From assembly GCA_903917705.1 (NCBI GenBank), contig CAIXBQ010000141.1:26861-90860 (forward strand): a stretch of DNA of 64,000 nt, read 5' to 3'. Shown piece after piece: positions 20,774 to 29,853 of the stretch (the stretch's first letter is position 1; every line of letters begins with the position of its first letter). This DNA comes from an uncultured Verrucomicrobia subdivision 3 bacterium (GTDB taxonomy: Bacteria > Verrucomicrobiota > Verrucomicrobiia > Limisphaerales > UBA11358). The translations under genes and the position numbers were made by a program. The notes under the pieces are model-generated. The model was not told the DNA's origin. It was given only the letters and a program-made list of their open reading frames with translations, and searched no databases.

Positions 20774-21834
20774 GGTTTGCTGAGATAGCGAAACATCTGG
20801 AGCCGATGATTGTAGGCATCAGCCACGAAAATTTCATTTTTGGAATTGATTACGATGGCATTGGGGAGGCAGAACTGGCCGGCGGCGGATCCCGCCCCGC
20901 CCCAGTCCAGCAACAACTGGCCAGCCTCGTCAAAAATCTGCACATTATTAAAAACACCGTCCACGACATAAACGTGCCCGTCGCGGTCCACGGCCACGCC
21001 CTTGGGCCGGCTGAAACACCCCGGTCCGTCGCCCGCGCTGCCGAAGGCGCGCAGGAAGCGACCATCCGGGTCAAAGACCTGAATGCGGCAATTCAAAGAA
21101 TCCGTGACATAGATGCGGCGATGGCCGTCCACGCTGACGTGCGTGGGGAAATTGAATTCGCCCGGCCCAAGCCCCCGGCGGCCAAACCGGGAAATGAATT
21201 CGCCTTGCAGCCCGCAGACAACAATCTGGTGGCGCTGCGAGTCCGCGATCAGCAAATGGTCGCCGGCCAGCGCCAGACCGGCGGGCCGCTCGAGACCGTT
21301 GGTGATGGCAAACCGAATTTTCCCCTGCTCGTCAAAGGCCAGCACCTTGCCCAAGCCGGAGTCAGCGACAAAAAATGTCGGCCCGCGCCGGACGGCGGAC
21401 ACCGGCGACAAGAAGGGGGTGCCGCCAACCGATGACCAGCGCAGCCATTTTTTACGGGCGAAGTCCAGATAACAAACCGTGGCGGAACCGGTGTCGGCGA
21501 CCAGAAGATTGCCCGCCTCGTCCAGGGAAAGTCCGAAAGGCCGATTCAATTTCTGCCGGCCATTGTTGACCCCGGTGATCCAGTTGGCGAACCGGAGCAA
21601 CGCCGCCGGGCGGACCCCGATATCCGGCGGCCCGGAAATATCCCGCACATAAACCACGCGCGGTTCGGCGGGCGGCGGCGGCCAGGCGGGGGCCGGTTTA
21701 GACCCGGCGAGCGCAGACAGCGGGAAGAGCAGACCGAGCCACGCCGCAAAAACAAAAATGCTCCGGAACCGCAAACCACCGGGGCACGGTGGCGACGGCG
21801 ACGCGGAGGGAGATGATTTCAGCAAACGTGACAT
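20770..21834 (-). CDS. Secreted NHL-repeat six-bladed beta-propeller protein
   Basis: Repeated NHL units (G.F..P.G(V/I)AVD..G..YV(A/V)D..N.R(I/L)Q(V/M)F). N-terminal hydrophobic signal FVFAAWLGLLFPLSALAG. Confidence 0.8.
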   Translation of the reverse strand: MSRLLKSSPSASPSPPCPGGLRFRSIFVFAAWLGLLFPLSALAGSKPAPAWPPPPAEPRVVYVRDISGPPDIGVRPAALLRFANWITGVNNGRQKLNRPFGLSLDEAGNLLVADTGSATVCYLDFARKKWLRWSSVGGTPFLSPVSAVRRGPTFFVADSGLGKVLAFDEQGKIRFAITNGLERPAGLALAGDHLLIADSQRHQIVVCGLQGEFISRFGRRGLGPGEFNFPTHVSVDGHRRIYVTDSLNCRIQVFDPDGRFLRAFGSAGDGPGCFSRPKGVAVDRDGHVYVVDGVFNNVQIFDEAGQLLLDWGGAGSAAGQFCLPNAIVINSKNEIFVADAYNHRLQMFRYLSKP

Positions 21835-21835
21835 A

Positions 21836-23857
21836 TCAGAAAGATCGCCTCAGATAGGTGAAGAATCGATGTTTAATGCGTTCTTCCGACCAACCGCCGG
21901 CCGCGGTTGACTGGGAGTTAAATTCATAGCCGGCGCGCAGGCTCAATTTGCCGCGCGTCCAGCCCAGACCGGTACGCGCCATGCCCTGAACCAGCTGGTT
22001 GCCAGCCACCTGCTGCACCAGGCCGCCGCCCTCGACATACCACTTGATGGACATCGGCAGCAAGGTATTGTAGCGGGCCATGAACTGGTATTGCGACTGG
22101 TCCGGACTGCCGGGGTAAGTGTAAAACGATTGGCTGAAATCCAAACTCAACGAGGACACGCCGGTCAGGTCGAACTCAAAATTCTGGAATAAACGCAGCG
22201 ACTGATACCGGGTAAAATTGGAATCGTAGCTTTCAAGTTCCGCGCCGGTGCGGAACCACTTGCGATGATAATCCACACCGCCGACCAGATCGGTGAGCGT
22301 CTGGGTGAGCACCACCGGCGGCGCATTGTTATCGAGCCAGTTCACCCGACCGTAAACACCGAATCGATTGAACAAATCCAGCCGGAACTGGCCATTAGCA
22401 CTGAAGGTGTCGTAGGAGCTGCTCCCCACCGGATCGCTCTGGTAGGTAACCGTGACCGAAAGATTGTCATTCGTTTGCAACAGGCCCTGAAGATGACTGC
22501 CGGGCGGAACCACCAGTTTGATTTCCGTCAATTCACCGGAATGAACGATCGTGTAGTCCGCCGGATTGGCGAGCGTATCAGCTCCGGCGCTGACGACAAT
22601 GGTGGAATCAACGACCCGGGGACGGTTTAAATAGACCGGGTGGTAGCCGAGGCTGGTGGACAGATAAAGCTGATGCGGCTCCGCGAACGTCGTAAGCATG
22701 GCGCCGGAGGAATCCTGATCCTGATGGTCGACCACGAGTCCGGTTCCCACCGCCAGCCGGCCCCACGATTGCAAGCGCTTGGTATAATTTTCAGACAGCC
22801 CGAGCCCATATTGATCAAAAGTGGAACCGCCCCCGGCCGCAGTGTCCTCCTGATGCGTGCCATGGCCTTCGAGACTGGACGTGAGACTTTCGTAAAGCTG
22901 ATGACGGACACCGGCGGTGCCCTGCACCCGCGAAGAAACAATGGGATTCAACTCACTGCGGTTGAAATTCATCATCAGGTAGCTGTCCAGATTGGGCCGG
23001 TGGTTGACGAGCAGGTTTTCACTCGCGTTCAAGGTGTCAATCTGCTGCCCGGAATAATCGGACTGGCTGTAACTCAAGCCGGTGCCGGCATTGATCTGCT
23101 TCCGATGGCCGAACGTTTCTGAATCGGAAAGGCCCGCCGACCAGTTGCTGGTATCCAGGCGGCTGCCATAATTCAAAACATTTTCCAACTCGCTGGCATG
23201 CAAACTCAAAGTCGTCTGGCCGGATTTCCGCTGATGGATGCCAAGGAAATTAAAATATGTTTCGGTGATCTGCGAGGAATCCGTCAGGCCGGAAGCCGTC
23301 TCGTCGCGATACCCCAAATCCGCGTTCAGGCTGAACTCGCCCGCATTGCAATTAATGCGTCCGCCGTAACGATTCGCGTCCACCGTGTAGGTATTGAAGG
23401 TGCCGTAGTCGCGGAAGGTGTGGTCTTGCGCGGCGAAGACGGAGACATTGTAAGGCTTGGCCGAAAGCAGATTGAACTGGGCCAGATAACGGAGCAATTC
23501 CGCGCTCTCATTGCGGGTCTGCCCAGAGCCCGGACCACCGGACGTCATGTTGTCCCAGCCCCACCCCAAGTCGCCGCTCAAATCAAACGCCAGGAGGTTG
23601 GGATGATAAATCGAACCGGTGGTATGGAGTCCCACCAACGGCGTAACGGAAGTATGATCGTAGGTGCTGCTGCCACCGCTGACCCGCGTCTGTTCCGTGG
23701 AACCTTCCGCCTCGACGCCCACGCTCACCTCGGGCAGGCCGTTCAACTTGAACCACTCGGGGTCTTCCGCCCGAACCGCGGGGGCAATACCCGCCGCAAA
23801 ACCGAGGACGGACAGGCCGGCGAACCAGCGATAGCGATGGAAACACCCCAAATTCAT
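21836..23857 (-). CDS. Large outer-membrane beta-barrel protein (porin-like, family unknown)
   Basis: 673 aa. Signal peptide ...GIAPAVRA/EDP. Long runs of alternating polar/hydrophobic Y/G/S/T/N-rich strands. C-terminal ...FFTYLRRSF ends in an aromatic residue, as in BAM substrates. Its start overlaps the stop of the 15-haem gene. Confidence 0.7.
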   Translation of the reverse strand: MNLGCFHRYRWFAGLSVLGFAAGIAPAVRAEDPEWFKLNGLPEVSVGVEAEGSTEQTRVSGGSSTYDHTSVTPLVGLHTTGSIYHPNLLAFDLSGDLGWGWDNMTSGGPGSGQTRNESAELLRYLAQFNLLSAKPYNVSVFAAQDHTFRDYGTFNTYTVDANRYGGRINCNAGEFSLNADLGYRDETASGLTDSSQITETYFNFLGIHQRKSGQTTLSLHASELENVLNYGSRLDTSNWSAGLSDSETFGHRKQINAGTGLSYSQSDYSGQQIDTLNASENLLVNHRPNLDSYLMMNFNRSELNPIVSSRVQGTAGVRHQLYESLTSSLEGHGTHQEDTAAGGGSTFDQYGLGLSENYTKRLQSWGRLAVGTGLVVDHQDQDSSGAMLTTFAEPHQLYLSTSLGYHPVYLNRPRVVDSTIVVSAGADTLANPADYTIVHSGELTEIKLVVPPGSHLQGLLQTNDNLSVTVTYQSDPVGSSSYDTFSANGQFRLDLFNRFGVYGRVNWLDNNAPPVVLTQTLTDLVGGVDYHRKWFRTGAELESYDSNFTRYQSLRLFQNFEFDLTGVSSLSLDFSQSFYTYPGSPDQSQYQFMARYNTLLPMSIKWYVEGGGLVQQVAGNQLVQGMARTGLGWTRGKLSLRAGYEFNSQSTAAGGWSEERIKHRFFTYLRRSF

Positions 23858-25209
23858 CTGGCCGGCGGCGGCGCCTGGCCGCCCGTTTTATTCACCGCAC
23901 CGGCCTTGAGCAAATACTTGTCACCGCCGACATGCGGATCATGACACGCCGTGCAAGATTTTCCCGCGGCGCCGGCATGACCCTTGACCGCCTGCAAATC
24001 CTTATCGTCATGGCAGTCGCCGCAGAGCTTCAAAATGTTTTTGGCGAGCAAATGGGACTCCGCCGACTGGTGCGGCTTGTGGCAGCCGGTGCAGTCCTCG
24101 ACCACATCGTGCTTGAACCTGGCCTTCTCCAAAAAATTGTCGTGGCATTCCCAGCACAGGGCCGGCGGGGATTTCTTCACCATGGCCTTTTTGTCGGTCG
24201 CATGGGGGTTGTGGCAGGCCGTGCAATCGCCGTCGGCCACGGGCTGATGGACGACCTTGGCGGTCTTGGACGGAAGGTCGTCGTGGCAACCCGCACACGT
24301 CTCCTTGACCGGCTTTTTCAGCAGGCCTTTGATGTTTCCCGCGTGGGGATTGTGACACTCCAGACAATCACCGTCGCCGACCGGCTGATGCACAACTTTT
24401 TTGGTCCCAATAAGGTCGTCATGACAGCCCAAGCAGGTCTCCTTGACAGGTTTTTTGAGGAGCTTCTTGATTTTGCCGGCATGCGGCGTGTGACATTCCA
24501 GGCAGTCCCCATCGCCCACGGGCTGGTGAACCTTTTTTTTGTTTCCGATCAGGTCATCATGACATTCAAGACAGGTGTCCTTGACAGATTTTTTCAGCAG
24601 ACTTTTGAAATTGGTGGAGTGAGGCGCGTGGCAGTCGGTGCATTCGCCCGCCTCAACCGCCTGATGCCTGACCTTACCGGCGGCGAGCGGGTCATCGTGG
24701 CAAGTCAGGCAGAGCGCCGGGACGGGTTTCTGCAGAAGTTTTTTGTTCGGCGAATGGTGCGGATTGTGACAACTCTTGCAATCGCCCTCATCCACGGGCT
24801 GATGCTTGATCTTGCCGGCCAGAAAATTCGTATGCAGCACCGTGTGGCAGACGAAGCAGGCCTCGCCCGGCTTGCCCCGCATGGCATTGGAAAATTGGGA
24901 TTCGTGGCAGGCGGTGCAATTCCGCGCCGCGAACGGCGGGTGCATGACCTCTTTTGGCATCGGCGGCCGAGCCACCACCGGCGCCGGAGCATTGGTTGCC
25001 TGCGGGGCGCGCGGATCCCCGGCGACAACGACCGGGGCGTTGGTGACGCCGCCCAGCGGCGGAACGCCGTCAAAGAAAACCGACAGCCACGCATGCCGCT
25101 TCTCCGTGCTGCAACCGAACAGCAGCGACAGGGCGCAAAGCACAAGGCAGCCCCCCCCCGCCCGGCGCCAAGCCCGGCGGTAAATAGATTTTGAAAGTGG
25201 CAAACTCAT
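23854..25209 (-). CDS. Lipoprotein pentadecahaem c-type cytochrome with tandem 46-aa dihaem modules
   Basis: Lipobox LLFGC. 15 CXXCH motifs. Repeated unit VHQPVGDGDC.ECH.PHAG.IK.LLKKPVKETC.GCHDDL. Confidence 0.85.
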   Translation of the reverse strand: MSLPLSKSIYRRAWRRAGGGCLVLCALSLLFGCSTEKRHAWLSVFFDGVPPLGGVTNAPVVVAGDPRAPQATNAPAPVVARPPMPKEVMHPPFAARNCTACHESQFSNAMRGKPGEACFVCHTVLHTNFLAGKIKHQPVDEGDCKSCHNPHHSPNKKLLQKPVPALCLTCHDDPLAAGKVRHQAVEAGECTDCHAPHSTNFKSLLKKSVKDTCLECHDDLIGNKKKVHQPVGDGDCLECHTPHAGKIKKLLKKPVKETCLGCHDDLIGTKKVVHQPVGDGDCLECHNPHAGNIKGLLKKPVKETCAGCHDDLPSKTAKVVHQPVADGDCTACHNPHATDKKAMVKKSPPALCWECHDNFLEKARFKHDVVEDCTGCHKPHQSAESHLLAKNILKLCGDCHDDKDLQAVKGHAGAAGKSCTACHDPHVGGDKYLLKAGAVNKTGGQAPPPAR

Positions 25210-25233
25210 TCTTCCCTGAAAAAACCCCCAGCC

Positions 25234-26325
25234 TCAAGGTGTGGCCGGCTTTTTTAGAAACCCATAAACGCTGACCTTGTTCGGGCCGAACTGGCTGGTA
25301 ACCAGAATCAAGTAGTCACACTGGCAACCCGGCGCGAGGTATTTCTGAAAATACCCAAGGTGGTCGTAATCCACCTTGATGGACGCCGGCAGCGTCAGTT
25401 GACCGCGCGTGCTGGTGCCCGGCTGGCCGAAATACATAAGCAGCCGGCCCTCCGCATCAAAGATCTGCACCACCTGCGTGGCGGCATCCACCACATAAGC
25501 CCGGCCCTGATGATCCACCGCCACGCCTTTGGGGCGGGCAAAGCTTCCCGGCGCCAAGCCCTGCCGCCCGAGCGTTCGCAGATATTTTCCGTCTAGGTCA
25601 TAGACCTGGACCACAAACCCGCCGACATCGGACACCAGCAACCGGCCGTTCTGGTCCAGCGCCAGGTTGGCGGGGGAATAAAGGGTTCCCGCGTTGGTCG
25701 CGGCGCTATTGGCGGCCGGGATGGTGAACAAGAGTTGCTGATCCGCCTTGCTATAAACCCGGACGACATGATTGAGCATGTCGCCCACATAAATCCGGTT
25801 GGTCGAAACCGCCACGTCCGCCGGCTTCATCTCGTCTTTTTTCCCGATGGCACTTAAAAAATTGCCGTCGTTGTCATAGATCACCACCTGATTCCGGCCG
25901 GTATCGGCCACATACCGCGTGCCGTCGGCATCAATGGTGAGATTAATCGGCGTCCGGAGTTTCCCCTCGCCCGGCGGAGCGAAGTAAGCCGCCCGGTGTT
26001 TGTTCAGGTCAAACACCTGGATCATGCTGCCCACGGTGTCGCAAACATAGATTTTGCCGCCATGCAACGCCAAACCGTAAGGCTTGACGAGACTGCCCAC
26101 CGGCTGTTGCCCGGTGATAAAATCGCCAAAAGTCCTGGTGCGCCCCAGCTCAGCATCAGAGGAGAACGAAGTCAGAAATTGAATCCGCGGCTCATCCGGA
26201 GACGGCGGGAAAAAAGTGTAACTCGTCCTGGCGGCGGGCTTGGTGGCGGCGCAGCCAGCCAGCAACCACAGCAAAAGGCAGCTGCCGGACATCCAAACAA
26301 GCCCGCGTTTAATCATGAAGATCAT
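25234..26325 (-). CDS. NHL-repeat beta-propeller lipoprotein
   Basis: Start taken at MIFMIKRGLVWMSGSCLLLWLLAGC (lipobox LLAGC). NHL units such as GRNQVVIYDNDG, LNHVVRVYS and ATQVVQIFDAEG. Confidence 0.8.
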   Translation of the reverse strand: MIFMIKRGLVWMSGSCLLLWLLAGCAATKPAARTSYTFFPPSPDEPRIQFLTSFSSDAELGRTRTFGDFITGQQPVGSLVKPYGLALHGGKIYVCDTVGSMIQVFDLNKHRAAYFAPPGEGKLRTPINLTIDADGTRYVADTGRNQVVIYDNDGNFLSAIGKKDEMKPADVAVSTNRIYVGDMLNHVVRVYSKADQQLLFTIPAANSAATNAGTLYSPANLALDQNGRLLVSDVGGFVVQVYDLDGKYLRTLGRQGLAPGSFARPKGVAVDHQGRAYVVDAATQVVQIFDAEGRLLMYFGQPGTSTRGQLTLPASIKVDYDHLGYFQKYLAPGCQCDYLILVTSQFGPNKVSVYGFLKKPATP

Positions 26326-26616
26326 GGGTAAATTCGTATTATAAATCAGCTCGAAGGCCGCGTTCGGCGCTCCAAGAATGGCCAACAAAGTTACACGCCC
26401 AAGCCAGAAAAACCAAGCGTCTTTTCCCGCCGAGTTATCAAGCCTGGCCCGGTTTTCCGCACATTCAGGTGCCGGCAATCAAACCGGCGCAAAAAATAGT
26501 CCGTTAAAACCGCCCCGAGACCCGGTCCCGTTTGCCAGGCCCGATAAAAAGCGGGCTTTGGTCAACCGATTTGACCAAAGCCCGCGCGATTCCAATCAAG
26601 CAACGAGACCTAACGA

Positions 26617-29004
26617 TTACTGAACCAAGATAAACTTGGTGCGGGTCAACGGCGAACCGTCAACCGTGCAGGTCACCGAGTAAAGACCCGGAGTGTTGTA
26701 GATATATGTCGGGTTGGCGCCAGTGGTGGATCCGCCATCCCCGAAAGTCCAATTATACACACCGCCGCTGCCGTAGCTATTGCTGAACGACACCGACAAC
26801 GGAGCGGAACCCGAGACCACGCTGGCCGAGAACGCGGCCGGATAGTTGCTGGTGACAAACTGGTTCATCACCCGGCTTTCCGCATCCGCGAGCAGCGATT
26901 TCACATAGGTCGGATTATGGACACCATAGCTCTGGTCTTCATAAATCCAATAGAGGCTAAAACGCGCCGTGCGAATGTCCTGCGGAACCGTTGACAACTG
27001 GAGGTTGTCATTGGTGCCGGACGGGACAAGGCCGAACGCGGGATTGTAGGCCTTGGGCGGGCCGACGCTGAACACCTTGCCGGCACCATTGGTAGATTTA
27101 GCGCCGAAATAAGCGAGCGGGCTGGGGTACTCCCAGGCGCACGTCCCGTAATTCGTCCGGAGGATAGCCGGAGCCACGGTGCTGCCCCATTGCTTCAACA
27201 GGGAGACCACGCGGTCCATGCTATTGGACACGGCGGCCTTGGAGTTGAAGGTCTTGGCCACCAACTGCGGCGCGGTCAAAGCGGAATGGCACGAGGCCAG
27301 ACAGCCGGCGTTATCCGAAACGAACGAGTGACCGGTGACATTGGTGCCGGCATTGACCGCGTAGCCCGGCACATGGCAGTCGGCACACTGGTTGGGTGCC
27401 AGGGTGTGAGGATCCGTGAGCACGTTTGCGGGACCGCCGCGCGCAGCCAGGTCATCATTCAACTGGCCGATGACCACGTTGTACTGCACGGGATAGTGCG
27501 GCGCATAATCGCCGGCGCTATTGCTGCTGTAATAAACCGTGCCACCATTGGTGTAGGCAATGAGCGGATAATAGATCCCCACGCCAACCACCGGATTGGT
27601 TGAGGTCGAAACAACATAGGATTGGTAGGTCACAGGATTACCCTGGATATTGGTGAACACCTGGCCGTATATGTTGGTATAAACCACGCTGTTCGTGGTA
27701 TACGCACTCACCAGATTGGTCGTTGTGATGGCCACCAGGTTGGTCACATAACCATAGGTCGAACCATCCCAGCGCGGACCGGCTCCGCCGATACCGCCGC
27801 CGCCACTATGGCACTGGCCACAGACCTGAACCTTGGGATTATAATACTGATCAAACACATTGTTCAGGGTGAGAGTATTAGTGGTAAACGTCCCGTTGTA
27901 ATTTGTGATGACCGCCGTGGTTGTCAGCAAAAGCGGCACCACATGGCTATAGTTGGTGGAGAAGGTAGGATAACGCAACTGGGCGACATAATTGGACGAA
28001 TGCGGGTCATGGCAGGTCGCACAGGCGGCCGCCCCGACCGAACCCATAGCCCCCGCGAATGAACCGGGGAACAAGGTCAGCGGATGCGGGCTGCCCGCCT
28101 TGTTGTCATAATATTCCTTGACCATGACCATGCGCTGGTCGGCCAAATGGCAAACCTGACAAGCTCCACTGTGGCTACCGACGCTATGGCCCACGCTGCC
28201 TTTGATAATGCCCATGGGCAGATTGGTAACACTGCTGGCAATAATATTGGTGTACTCCTGGAAGGTGGGATGCAGACTGCCCTGATGGCAACTGCCGCAG
28301 ATGTTCGGATCCAAGCTGACCACCGGAAGGATCAGGGCGTGGTCGCTGTTCTTGTGCCAGCCAGCCGGGCCGTGGCAGTTTTCGCAGCCTACGTTCTCCA
28401 GGTTGGGGGTGGTCGCGGGATCCACAAAACCGGTCTGCTGGCCATAGCCAACGGTCAGGCACGCCAGCGAGAACCGGTTGGAAACAGCCGGATTGCTATA
28501 AACCCCCGAATGCGTGGTCTTTTTATATGGGGTGTATTTGTTACCGTGACAACCGGCACACTGGTCAGAGCCGGCATAGCTGTTGGCCTGGGCCAACCGG
28601 AAGCTATAACTGTTGGTCGGATCGGGCTTGGGTGCGGTGAAGGTCCCGGCAAAACTCGACGAGATCACGGTGCCAAGGGTGAGCCAAGGTCCTGTGACGA
28701 TATTCGTGGTAGCCTGGATGCTATACCACCCGTTCACGCCAAACCATTTCAAGGTGAAATTGGTCGGGGTGTTGGTCGGGGTAAATGTGACCGTGGGGTT
28801 CTGATAGGCCGCAGCGCACACGCCGCCACCGGAGTTAAACGGGGCCAGGGTGCCCGCCACGTAATTGGAGGCCAGCCCGTATTGATTCGTCTGCGGCGGC
28901 AGCGACAGCGACTGTGCCGTGGCCGCAAACACACCGCCCAGCAGCAAACCCGTCGCCAAGACGGATTGTGCGCGGCGCATGAGATTATGGTTCATTAGTT
29001 TCAT
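26617..29004 (-). CDS. Secreted multihaem c-type cytochrome (7 CXXCH plus 1 CX3CH) with a C-terminal PKD domain
   Basis: Start at MKLMNHNLMRRAQSVLATGLLLGGVFAATAQS. Motifs CAGCH, CENCHGP, CGSCH, CQVCH, CATCHDPH, CGQCH, CADCH and CLASCH. C-terminal PKD signature YNWTFGDGGSTTGANPTYIYNTPGLYSVTCTV. Confidence 0.8.
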   Translation of the reverse strand: MKLMNHNLMRRAQSVLATGLLLGGVFAATAQSLSLPPQTNQYGLASNYVAGTLAPFNSGGGVCAAAYQNPTVTFTPTNTPTNFTLKWFGVNGWYSIQATTNIVTGPWLTLGTVISSSFAGTFTAPKPDPTNSYSFRLAQANSYAGSDQCAGCHGNKYTPYKKTTHSGVYSNPAVSNRFSLACLTVGYGQQTGFVDPATTPNLENVGCENCHGPAGWHKNSDHALILPVVSLDPNICGSCHQGSLHPTFQEYTNIIASSVTNLPMGIIKGSVGHSVGSHSGACQVCHLADQRMVMVKEYYDNKAGSPHPLTLFPGSFAGAMGSVGAAACATCHDPHSSNYVAQLRYPTFSTNYSHVVPLLLTTTAVITNYNGTFTTNTLTLNNVFDQYYNPKVQVCGQCHSGGGGIGGAGPRWDGSTYGYVTNLVAITTTNLVSAYTTNSVVYTNIYGQVFTNIQGNPVTYQSYVVSTSTNPVVGVGIYYPLIAYTNGGTVYYSSNSAGDYAPHYPVQYNVVIGQLNDDLAARGGPANVLTDPHTLAPNQCADCHVPGYAVNAGTNVTGHSFVSDNAGCLASCHSALTAPQLVAKTFNSKAAVSNSMDRVVSLLKQWGSTVAPAILRTNYGTCAWEYPSPLAYFGAKSTNGAGKVFSVGPPKAYNPAFGLVPSGTNDNLQLSTVPQDIRTARFSLYWIYEDQSYGVHNPTYVKSLLADAESRVMNQFVTSNYPAAFSASVVSGSAPLSVSFSNSYGSGGVYNWTFGDGGSTTGANPTYIYNTPGLYSVTCTVDGSPLTRTKFILVQ

Positions 29005-29121
29005 ATTATTTTTTGTTGGTTCATGCGCCGTCACGAGGACCGCCCGGCCAGCCGCCGCCCCAACGGGCGGTCGACAGGCACGGGCAATCGATTCATAAGC
29101 GGGCACAGCGGACGTAGCTGA

Positions 29122-29853
29122 TTACTTGTTATGGCAACTGCGGCAGAGCAAGCTGCCGACGCCACCGGCGGTGCCGTTAATTTTGACGAGGTGCGGATTG
29201 TTAACAATGTTATACGGCGAACCTTCCTGGTTGTGCACGTCGTGGCAGGAATTGCACTCCAGATTGCCCTGCTGATTGAGCAAGAAACCCCTGATGCTCA
29301 TGTCGTTGCCGGGCGTGAAACCGGGCGAATTGGCGTCCGGGGCCAACACGGGGTTCGCGGAGTCATAGATCCACTTGTCCTGGCCCGGGCCCGTTCCAAC
29401 GATGGACTGGTAGTTGAAGGAGATCGGATGCGAGTGGGTCAGATTTTTGCTGTTTTCGGAGATGGCGGCACCGTTGGTGATATATTCCGAACTCGCGACA
29501 CTGCCATAGGCATTGACCGCGATGGAGCCGTCATGGCAGCTCAAGCACGCCAGGGAACTGCCGGTCGGAGCCGACGCCGGAGTATATTTGATGTTGGCTC
29601 CCGGAGAAGCGCCATTGGCATACATCTGCCATCCCGAGGCGGAAATTGCCGTATGACCCCAGAGCGGGCCGGTGTTGGGATCGGCATGGTGGGGCGTGTG
29701 ACACACAGCACAGACCGTGGCCGGATTGGCCGGGTCGTTATTCCACGCACGGGAGTGGAAATCATGCGGACTGCCAAGGATGCCCGCCCGGGCGGTCAAG
29801 GTCAGCAGGGAGCCTGCGACCACGGTCAGAGTGAGGAGGTGTGTGTTTTTCAT
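29122..29853 (-). CDS. Small secreted tetrahaem c-type cytochrome
   Basis: 243 aa. Signal peptide LTLTARAG. Motifs CAVCHTPHH, CLSCHDG, CNSCHDVH and CRSCHNK. Collinear with the first module of the dodecahaem protein. Confidence 0.85.
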   Translation of the reverse strand: MKNTHLLTLTVVAGSLLTLTARAGILGSPHDFHSRAWNNDPANPATVCAVCHTPHHADPNTGPLWGHTAISASGWQMYANGASPGANIKYTPASAPTGSSLACLSCHDGSIAVNAYGSVASSEYITNGAAISENSKNLTHSHPISFNYQSIVGTGPGQDKWIYDSANPVLAPDANSPGFTPGNDMSIRGFLLNQQGNLECNSCHDVHNQEGSPYNIVNNPHLVKINGTAGGVGSLLCRSCHNK

